Positions 35,631 through 45,799 of a stretch of 64,000 bases of DNA are shown here, in pieces. This DNA comes from Takakia lepidozioides (lineage: Eukaryota; Plantae; Bryophyta). Numbering within the stretch: position 1 is the first letter of the stretch; each line of letters opens with the position of its first letter. The stretch lies in assembly GCA_030704615.1 (NCBI GenBank), contig CM060734.1, positions 26,536,001 to 26,600,000 of the forward strand, written 5' to 3'. Both the position numbers and the translations under genes were made by a program. The notes beneath the pieces were generated by a model. It was not told the origin of the DNA and ran no database searches. It saw nothing but the letters and a program-made list of their open reading frames with translations.

Positions 35631-37299
35631 ACGTCGTGGTTCTCACAGACCAATCCGACGTTACCTAACTACAGACACAAGCAGCACACATGAGGTCGTT
35701 TTGGGTTGATGTCGGTCGAATCCTCCATGGGTCATGACACAAGGTCAAGGGCAATGTGGTGAGGGCACCTTCTTCTTTGACCTATTTCAGCATGTTTTGC
35801 CCTCTCACATCATGTTTGTGTGCTTTTGCAATGCTTGTGCAAGCCTGGCAACCCTGGAGAAGGGCAAAGAGGTGCATGGGGATATCATCAAAGCTGGAAT
35901 TGTACCAAATGTCAATCTAAACACTGCCCTGGCAGCTTTGGAAAAGGGGAAAGAGGTGCATGGCGACATCTTCAGAGCTGGAATTGTACCAGATATCATT
36001 TTGAACAATACCCTGGTGGACATGTTTGCAAAATATGGGTGCATCTAGGATGCAAAGGGAGTGTTCGACACTATGGCTGAACGAGATGTGGTGTCATGGA
36101 GTGCGATGCTTGCAGGGTATGCATGGCCGATGGAGGCTTTGGAGACCTATGAGCAAATGATGGGGAAGCACATCATGTTTGTGTGCATTTGCAATGCTTG
36201 TGCAAGCCTGGCAGCCCTGGAGAAGGGCAAAGAGGTGCATGGGGATATCATCAAAGCTGGAATTGTACCAAATGTCAATCTGAACACTGCCCGAGCCCGC
36301 CTTCCCGCCGCCAGTCTCTGCTAAATATCTTAGTCATGACTAAATCCATAGGGTTTCACAATTTTCCTACTTTCCTCAAGGGCGTTACCTCTCTTTGCAG
36401 CGGATCCACTAACTTATCCCTAGCTAGGTGTTTAGCACCGTCTCCCACCATAGCTCGTCCAGCGGCCCTTAGCTCTGCCCTGCAGCCTCGCAACACCCCG
36501 GCTTCGCTCTACCTCATTCATAAGACTCGCCTCTTCTCTACGCGTCTTTTAAGCTATCTCTTGCTAATCTTTTTAGCGATCTATGGGCGAATATATTCTG
36601 CTACGCGTTGGTACCTCCTCTCTCGTCGGGCCCGCCGCATCCAGCCTCAGGATGGTCGTTCCACCCGTCAACTCAAAGCTCACTACCCCAGCAGCTTCGA
36701 AGGCCACCTGACGGTGTATACACTTATCCATGTTATGTTTACTTTCTCGATTCTTACTCTGGCGTTTTCAAGTTCCCTTTTTGGCGTTGGAAGGTCTACC
36801 ACCCACCTCCTCTCTATCAGGTATGGAATGGTTACTCTATAGTTATGTCTACAGCGGTGCTCCACTCTAATTTGGGCGGACGGATTCTTCCCCACCCCCC
36901 ATCCGGTGCACAAACCGAGCATTCCTGTACGGTGCACAACTTTCAAGCAATGGCGTCTCTTATGTAATACAGTATGCCCACGGGAAGGGCAGCTGCCTAT
37001 CTTGTGGCATGAAGGCAAGCCTCATCATTTGGTCCCCAAAGTCCCAGCCAATCCGCCGGCTCCAGCAACCAGCAACTCAATATCTACTCCCCATCAGGAA
37101 GCATACTTATCCCTCACTCATTATTTATACCTCTCCTTCCTTTATTACAATCGTTTCCACACTTCCTACTTTGCGTTCTCCTCAATTCATGCCCTACAGT
37201 GCCCACACATATCACCACTAAAAGACTCTACTCAATACTCAAGAGCTCGATCCTATTTGCCTGACTCACCCTCAAAATCCGCCCAACACGCCCTATCAC

Positions 37300-37530
37300 A
37301 TTTCAGATGCGGCTTGAGTGTGCCAGAAGTGGTTTGACAGTTTATGATGGAGTACTAAAGAATGCGTCCATTTCTGGATATGCAATTTGGTGTGGCTGAG
37401 AAAAGCGGAGGCTTGTTTGTTGGCTTCTCGAGTCAGGGTAGTAAGAAGGTTGCAAATTGGCCGAAGTTCCGGGGGGTCAGGACGGGGTGGATTAGCCAAA
37501 ATGGATGAGTAGGGGGTTGTTTTTCTATGA
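37300..37530 (-). mobile_element. Second fragment of the Dualen-like LINE family (post-RNase H region)
   Basis: LTTLTREANKQASAFLSHTKLHIQKWTHSLVLHHKLS aligns with LSTTLTREAHKQASTSASLTKLHVLKWTHSEVLHHKLS at ~29145-29260. Confidence 0.85.
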
Positions 37531-37539
37531 GCAGTGAGC

Positions 37540-40420
37540 ACAAAAAAGCATGAGCAGAACCCCAAAAGATCCTTTGCTCAAAAACCCCCCCTATATAGGT
37601 CCCAACCATCGTCCAAGACCTTCTGCCCTACCATAATCCACCCCACTCCCACTGCAGATCCCCACACCACCTATTTCACACCCTACTGCTGCACACTGAA
37701 CCTTCTCAGCCTGCCTAAGCTCTCGATACCAGCGTTGCTTCCCTATTGGCACCTTGTTACACATACAGCCTCTCTGCTCCTACCCGCCGACTCTGCAAAC
37801 TGCACCCACAACCACAGTACTCTATTAAATAAGTCCCTCAATTGCCACATTTCCTATACTCTCTCCCTCCCACAGTTGCACTACCCTGCCCTGCTTGATT
37901 ACACAGCCACTCTGGCACCTCCCCCATCTCCTGTACACTACACCTCTCCCTCAATTCACCCCAATACCCATTTCACTTCCCCCTGTCCAGCTTCTGAGTA
38001 CCAGCCCTGCCAGTTCTCACCTCTGCCGAGCCATCCATCCTCACCAGCCTGGTGCTCCCATCACCCCCCCCTCACTTTCCCACAGCACCAGAACTCTAAC
38101 ATGCATCAGCCTCTACCCCTGGCCTTTTCGTTTCATTACCTCCTAGACATGCCACCCCCCCTTACTCTTTACAATACCCAGCATCATAAAACAACCTAGC
38201 AATACCAGCCTATCTCTCCTCTCCCTCTCCTGCCAATGTGCCTGATCCCTCCTTTCCCCCTTGTCACCTGGCCCCACAACTCTGCCTCTGATCTATGGCC
38301 TGCTCTTGCTCACCACACTTGGTTCCCCAATTTATATTCCGCTGGCTTTTTCTCCCAGTATGTGCCCTTTACTCTCTTCCCAATTTCATGTTGCCTCACT
38401 TTGCATATTCCCATAATAGGCCTTACAGTGCCCTCACTGTATGCCCCATGTTCTAACTCCCCTCTCTCTTTTACAGGATGTGTACCAAATCTCCACTCCA
38501 CACATTACATATGTCCCCCATATGTTCATGTTCTTCATAGTCAGCACCACCTCTTTTTACAACTTGGTGAGCCTTTTGGCTTAAGGGACGATCTCTCTCT
38601 TCCCCTAATTCACTTGCCTACTCTAACAATTCTCTCTCCTAGGCTTGCCCACTATCACCACCTGCTCAACCCTGTCACATCCAATCAGTACTGCCTCGTA
38701 TTCATACCTAGGAGCCCAAAGATGCCCCAACTATCTCACCCTCTCCTGCTGCCAAAGCATTCTGCTATTCCACCTTACCCCACTGCCCCAAAACACTGCC
38801 ATTGGCATCCTCTATGGCCTCAGCTCAATCCCCGGTTCCTTCATTCTATGTACTCAGCCAGTAACCTCCCTTACCCATTCCACCCAATTCACCCCCCCCC
38901 CCCCCCCCACACACAGGTGAGTGCCACGGCCTGTCTCTTCTCACCCCCCTGCCCATCTGTTGTCCCAACCTCAGGTCCCCTTCTTCCTACCATGCTTTCC
39001 AGCTTCCCTTCAGCAACTATATGTCCAACCCAACACCCACCCAGCTACCCACAAACCAGCTAACGTTAATCCTGTCTGCCTAGACTCCGCTAGACCCCTT
39101 TTGAGCAGCCCCTCTTCCAAGTCTACTCCCTTTCCCCCCCCCCCTCTGGGGCTGCCACATTCATGATAGCCACCACCCTAACAGTCTACCCCCCTCTTTA
39201 CAATCTTGCCACAATGCCTGTACCCCTCTTAGCACATACAATATGATCTCACTCTACACTGCATCTCGTTACTTCCTGATTGCAGGCTATCCATACAACA
39301 CTTACCGCACAGCACACCCACACTTCCCCCTATGGGGCTCTCTCACACAATGGTCATTCCACTCAGTCAGTTACATATGCCCCGCATATGTCCATTCAAA
39401 TAATTTCAAAAAGCTTCCACACCCCTACCAATTACGCACATATGTTCTGCATATGTATACTCGTCACACCAGATCTGGCACCACAATCTCTCACCACAGA
39501 ACTCTTGCGGCACCCTGCCCTATCATCCCACAGAGCCCTCTACCCATTCCGAATTCCATCTCTCCAACAATTACATATCATATGCCTACCCACCACTCAC
39601 AAGGGCCCTCGTTGCCTCAACATTTCATCCCTACCCCCTGCCCCCTCCCATCATCCGTGTCACCCCACCCCCCTTGCCCAAATTTGACCCATATGCCATG
39701 CCGAGCCCTGAAAGTGATTACCTGTTATCTCACCAGCCCACTTCCCACAACCCAATCCCGCACCCCCAACCCAAGACCCAATCAATTCTACTCCTACTTA
39801 ACACCCTGCCACATGCAATACTCAGTATGCCTACACATATGCCCAAGCCCACACACTATACAACACATAGGAAACATAACCTGCCACCAATTTTCTCCCA
39901 TCCCACGCTGCTTGACCAACAGAATTCCCACTGTCTAAACAAATATCACTGGGCCTTGCCCACCTCAACTCCATTTACAGCTCCCTACCCCTACCTGCAC
40001 CCAATATTACCACCAAACAACACTTAATGATGTACCAGACTGCAGACTGCCAAAATTGCAACCTCTTAATACACAACTCTTCAAGCTGGATTAATTACCC
40101 CCCCCCCCCCCCCCCTAGTACAATCACTACCTCCCACTAACAAAATCAGCACTGACTCCCAACCTCGAACCACCACACCCAACCTCACCCACAGTACACA
40201 GTAAAGAGCTGTTTATTGACAAAGGCATGCCACCACCTTGTCATGCGTTTACACTTCTTAATACCTCTCCTCACTCCAGCACCTCTCAGCCGCCACCCAG
40301 GCACAAAAGGCTAACGGCTCTAATTACTACACCAAGACGACCCTGCCGCCAGGCTACCTCACACTGCTGCCATACTGCCCCCACATATAGGCTGCAATCA
40401 CACCCCAGTCAGCACTTCTT
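37540..40420 (-). mobile_element. Heavily decayed LINE-like (L1-type C-terminal) remnant
   Basis: Strong strand skew and Trp-rich minus-strand pieces (NWVEWVREV..MAVFWGS..LGHLW; EMWQLRDLFNRVLWLW). No intact catalytic motif seen. Confidence 0.35.
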
Positions 40421-40562
40421 CCCCCCCCCCCCCCCCCCCCCACCCCCCCCCCCCCCCCCCCCCCACCTTGGCAATTTTGTCTCAACCCGCCCTCTCTCTG
40501 CTCTCAGCACACTGCCATCTCCCTCTTTTTCACAGCTCCCAACTGCTGGCTTCTCTCTACGT

Positions 40563-42545
40563 ATGTCTCTTTTCAAACTTGGTAATACCCAGAAGAGTAC
40601 AGGCAGTATCCAAAAGCACCATCGTCCCCTCTCTACTATAGTCACCCGCAGCAAACGAGCTAGCTCACTCCAGCTCGCGGCACTCCGCTCCGCGTCCACA
40701 ACTAGTCACATGGATAAGGATTATGACATGGACATCCGCCAGGAAGAAGACATGGATGTCAGCGACATGCACCCCTCCGACAAATTATTCTTTGCAGCAG
40801 AGAACGCCTATCAGGCCCGTTCCACACAGAGCCTTGCGAAGGTCAGCACTGAGTAGACTCCAGCAATTCAAGCCATCACCACCCCGTCGTCTGCAACAAC
40901 ACCTGGGAAACGGCGCGTCCCACCTCCTCGCCAGTGTAGCTCCCAGCTACCACCCCCTACTCCAATCGGTCAGCTAGCGAATCCAACAGCGAGGCTGGCA
41001 GTAGCCCAGCTGATTCCAAAAAATCCAAAGGCACTGGCACACCAAGCCCCTCAACACATCGTGGCTCCCTATTTCTCTCCAACATACAGCAATACTGGAT
41101 GGGCTACCCCACACTCCAGCAGCATGTGAGGGACTCGGTGTTGCCCTTGGTTGCTGAGGACCGCTCATCGTTTGAACTCCAATGCATTGGCCTCTGCAAC
41201 TCGGAAATTCACGAAATGCGCCACTGCCCCAAGGCTTACCCGCACGTCCCCCAACTACACTACCCTTCAGTGAGGCACGATGGACGAGAAGGCCAGTTTC
41301 TCTCCCTCACGCAGCTTCCCAAAGGCACCCAAATTGACCCCGTATCGGGCCTCTCAGCTTCACCCCCGCACATTATGATTTGCTTTGATAGCAACACCGA
41401 CATGCCCAAGGAGCAAGCGCTCTACCGGGCCCCTTGAAGTCATGAACATCCCACTTGGCAAGGTCCTCTACTCTTTGACCAAGCGCGGGAGTAAAATGTG
41501 GAACGACTTTCTCAAGGTAGAGCTACTGCACCCAGCCACGGACGACATCGCACTTCTCCAAGGCAACTGCGCATTTGTCATGACCATGGCATCTGGGGAG
41601 CAGATGCAAGGTAAAATCGAAAAGGCATATGACCTTCCCGCCTCACCCGACCACCTCTCTCTCTATTTGGCCAATGATATCCTACTTGGCAAAATAGCCA
41701 GCAAACTAACCATGAATTTCATCATGGAAACGCACCAACATGGAGACGAATTTGAAATCGTACAGGTTCAGAAGATAGGCCCAGCATCAAAGTTTTGTTT
41801 CATCTATCTTGCTGCAGCAAACTCCAAACAATGCATGTTAGAACAAGGGGTGCGAATTGAGCATACGTTGATCAAACCACAACTACGAACACGATGCTCC
41901 AGTATGACTGGTATCACTGCAATACCACAGGAGGCCATTGCGGAGCGCGATGCCCTCACCCTGGTGGCAAAAAATCTCAACCCACTTCATTCACAATCGG
42001 CCACGGAAGATGCCCTCTATGGCATCTTTGGCAAAGACAACGCTGAGCACATTCATTTCAACTCAATCGACAGGATGGAGAAAATTCGGCACACAGGGAT
42101 GGCTCTAATCACCTACAAGAACCCTAGTGTATATGCCCAATGGTGCAACCGTCCGCCAGTCCTAGTTATCGATAGACTCATCAAATTCGAGCCTCACACG
42201 AATAGCCTCAATGGGGCTACCCCACCAGTAGCCGAGATTCTAGAACGACTGAGAGTTGCTAACATCAACCAAGCACTGGCCGACACTGTCAATTCCCTCA
42301 CCATCAAATCAACATCGACTTCCAAGCATGGGCACGAATTCCTAATGTCGGAGATTGACAAGAAACTGGCTACGCACGTCATCTCTATCAAAACCGAATT
42401 CAAGGGTGATCTGGCGAGCATGGAGAACAGGGTCGCCCTCACCATGGCAACCCAGCACGAAGCTCACCACAATTACCTTATGTCTCTCCAAGACTCCATC
42501 ACCAAAAATCTTGGAGCTAATCTGGAAAACTTCTACAACATTGAC
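40563..42545 (+). pseudogene. LINE ORF1-like protein with tandem RRM-like segments and coiled coil, 3'-truncated
   Basis: ATG at 40563 after a poly-C/pyrimidine leader. ORF 41385-42581 has LTLVAKNL..HTGMALITY (RNP2/RNP1-like), KFCFIYL and a helical C-terminus. Stop and frameshifts in the 5' part. Confidence 0.55.
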
Positions 42546-43346
42546 AAGATTTCTCCAGTGTGCGGATCCCGCTGTGTATGATGATTGGGGGCCTTCGCAA
42601 TACCACCCCTACATGGCGTTCAAGCAGTTGCAGAAGGAGGGTGATGAGCGTGACCATCGTCGATCGCATGAACTAGAAGGGAGACGGGAAAAGAGGCCTA
42701 GGAATTAGTTGCAGGTGACTTAGTGTTTGCGAGGGCGCTACACAATTAGGAGTGGGGCTATGTAGAATAATAGGAATTTCTGACTCAGTGACAACTTTAA
42801 GAACTTTTTAATACCTTTTCCATCGATATATTCTGCGATACCTTCGATATTGCTACGATATTGCAGTGATTCTTCGATATCTTGTCAAGCAGCCGATAGT
42901 CTATCCTGGACTGGATGATAGAAGAAATGGTGGATGATTGAAATGGATGAAAGAGGTTGAGCGGTTACAGTTGTTGGAGCACTCTGCTATATATTGCATT
43001 TATGTGAAGCAGACAGTGTCAGTTGAGCCAGAGAGCCGTGACCGGAGCAGGGGAGAGTAGAGTGAGTAGGAGATAGAATATAGAGTTATTCTTCAATGGT
43101 AGATTTAGTACTGCATTCTTGTGATGATTGCGTTCGTAAATGAATAGAATTGAAGAAGGAGAAAAAAGGAAGTCCAATTCACTTTGTGTATGTGTGAAGA
43201 ATGGGGTGATGGGATGAGAATGTGATTCTGTGTGTAAGAATTGAAGAACCATAATTATGTGAGATAGTGAAAATGTGCACAAATGGAGAAGATAAGAATT
43301 CGGTGTGAGAATTGGTTCTTGGTCTACCAAGAGAAATATCGATAGA
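42546..43346 (+). mobile_element. 3' internal end, PPT and truncated 3' LTR of the same family as the 34411-35630 solo LTR
   Basis: aggagtggggcta directly precedes TGTAGAATAA at 42761. 42761-43346 is the reverse complement of ~35038-35630. Confidence 0.9.
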
Positions 43347-43432
43347 TTGTCCTCGACCTTGTGTCATGACCCATGGAGGACTAGACTGACCATGAACCCA
43401 AGAAGACCTCTTGTATGTGCTGCTTGTAGTTA
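43347..43432 (-). pseudogene. Isolated PDF-motif second-half exon
   Basis: TYKRSSWVHGQSSPPWVMTQGRGQ, near-identical to the copies at 8676-8790, 33136-33210 and 34176-34248. Confidence 0.75.
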
Positions 43433-43439
43433 GGTTGGC

Positions 43440-44130
43440 TGAAAAGTCCATGAGCACGGGGGGTTATTCGTCTTCAGGAGGAAGAGACATTCTTGGCCGG
43501 TTGGGTGCACTCCCGTGGGGTTGCCAATGAGGCAGAGCACATGGTGTTGATGAAGGACCCAAACACCAAAGGTAAGAAGAAGAGGCCTTGACCTCCCGAG
43601 GTCCCTTTTTACCATCAATGAAGGGGCTGCCGAGGAGAGAGAGAGGAGGGAGAGGGAGAAGGAGAGAGAGGAAGTAGCGGGGAAGGGGAAGGAGGTAGTC
43701 GTGGAGAAGGGGAAGGAAAAGAAGAAGAGAAAAAGTCCCATGGAGACGACGGGGTGGGTGTGTGTGCGGGGGAGGGCAGTGGGGTAACAAAGGAGGTGGG
43801 GAAGGAGATTGCAAAGAAGGGAGATGGTGGGAAGAAGAAGAAGAAATCCCAAGGGATAAAGGAGGTGGCCTTGGCAAAGATCGTTGTGCCACCGGTGGAG
43901 GTCAATAAGCATGGTGACCCGTGCGGTGCGTTTTGGGCGGCTATGAAGGGGCCGGGCTTCGAACTCGCAGCGGCGTGGTTCCCTTGGCACATCGAGTGGG
44001 GTGATCAGCACTATGGCCAGAAGCGCAAGTATGCCCGTGAGTTAGACCGTCGGCCGGGCGCTTGAGACAAAGGTGATTGAGATGGTGGGGCAGAACTTGA
44101 AGAACAAGAGGTACCCTGCCAGACAAAGGA
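43440..44130 (-). mobile_element. Possible LINE ORF1 (Cys/His knuckle, Ser/Pro-rich) fragment
   Basis: HLCLKRPADG..H..C and SMCQGNHAAAS followed by a Ser/Pro-rich tract; C-rich minus strand. Confidence 0.3.
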
Positions 44131-44504
44131 TTCGGATGTCACACCCAAACCACCTTTTGGAATTTCACAGGTTGGCAAATCCTTGAATCATTTCACCTTC
44201 CATTTGTTGCATGCACTACAAACATTTGTGTCTTTTCCGAATCGACTGCATGTCCGAAACCACTGAGGAAACAACTTCGAGATGTTTGTTACTACTGCAC
44301 AGTCGTAACGGACAATTTCGGCCCACGGGGGCATTTCTACTGGCGGATAGAAGTTGCAGTCGGCGCAATATTCGCGGTGATTTAATTCAATTACGTAATT
44401 TAAAAAAAAAAAAAAAAACTGCAATTACAAGTGGTTTTAAGCACTAGAGAACGACTCTTAACAAGTAGGCATTCATTGCACACCCTATTCAAAAATGAAA
44501 TTTT

Positions 44505-44606
44505 GGCTCGCTCGCTTACTCATTAGTTTTTGGTCACCAACGGGCTTGCACCGTTCTCGGGGTTACTACTCCCTATATATACTTCTGTAGCTGTCCGCGG
44601 GGGGTT
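44505..44606 (-). mobile_element. ~100-bp fragment of the chromovirus LTR containing its TATA region
   Basis: Near-identical reverse complement of 9451-9551 (gaagtatatatagggagtagtaac...gagtaagcgagcgagcc). Confidence 0.85.
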
Positions 44607-45799
44607 CGTAAGTGCTCTACGTGGCTCATGAGGGCACTCAAGGGTGCTTCAGCCCCCCCATACCTATCGCTGCCACTGCCCCCACCACAGGGGCAGCCCC
44701 TCTCGTGTCCCGACCCCCTGCCCTCAAGGCAAAGGGCTGCGACATTCCTACTCTGCTGTTGCTGGTGCTACGCTAGATTTCCTTGCTCTGAATCTAGAAC
44801 CTTGTCCCCCTCTGGAGCCTTTTCAGTTTTTGCTCTGTGTGCTGCTGTGTTTTCGAGTGCTAATATGTTAGCAGCTGTTGGCGGATTCGTCAATGATCCC
44901 AAGTTCTGCGTCAATCCTGCTTGCATCTGTAGTTTGGTGGAGCCCAGCTACAGTACGCTAGTTGCGAGGCCTGCGCAGAACGAACTGGGAACGGAGGTAG
45001 AACGGGAGCGTTGGAATTTTCCATATGCTGCCCTTGTGGTTAAAGTTAGTACGTGGGGGTATCACAAATATTGGGGGTAGTTAGCGACGATTAGGCTGAC
45101 TAACTTTAACAGTGGCTAAATCGTCCACTGCGGCCGGGGCCTTAAAAAACTCAACTGGGAGCCCATCCAACCCTGGCGTTCATCGACTCATGCGGATAAT
45201 TGATTTATCAGGATAAATGAATATAATTATTATTTTGATTATAAGGCTTGACCAGAAGAGACGTGAGCAGCGGCGTGCTGCACACGCCATAGCTGCATGC
45301 TCTCATGCACTGTCGGAGCTCGGCACGCACATTAAAGAGCCGTATGACCGGGGAGATGCGTAAATAGGTGGAGGGAGAGAGAGATAGGGTCCGTGATTCT
45401 TAGTTGTATCCGTGATCACTGCGCAGGGTGGATGAGGGGACACTTCGTCGCGGCTTGAGAGAGAGAAAAAAAGAGAGCGTTTTGCTGGCTTGCCGCAAGC
45501 GATGATGTAGCTTTGCAGCACAGCTTGGGAGGGAAAATTGTAGTATGGAGTTGTCAGATTTCGCCCGGAGGGAATTTTCTCTCGTTTAGTGTCAGGAGAG
45601 AGTCTGGAGGAGGTAGAGCTAGGACGGTGGAAAGGTGGAGATGATGCGTGGAAGCGAGTCTTAGAAAGTACATGTTTTACAAGGTTTAGATAAGTATGAC
45701 TGTTGAGAGAGTAAGACAGAGCAGGGGTAAGGGAAAGGGGAGGTAGAGAGAAGGGAAAGGCGCAGGTGCAGAGTGTGGTACTTTAGGTTGCGATACTTC

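Larger units (their letters stand above)
30218..36290 (+). pseudogene. Fragmented PLS-class PPR gene interleaved with OSB-type PDF-motif exons
   Basis: PPR motifs (CNACASLAALEKGKEVHGDI, NTLVDMFAKYG, VFDTMAERDVVSWSAMLAGYA, MLCEAGRLKEAL). PDF halves near 31790, 32800, 33058, 33367, 34176, 34322 and 35649. Interrupted by a LINE fragment and a solo LTR. Confidence 0.85.

Noticed and set aside
30347-36048. PPR TAG stops rescued by U-to-C RNA editing
   Set aside because: The locus is nuclear, and shared frameshifting deletions also break the frame.
40420-40465. Long poly-C runs (also ~7856, ~27163, ~28127) as functional G-quadruplex elements
   Set aside because: Simple homopolymer expansions in dead TEs; lengths may also be unreliable.
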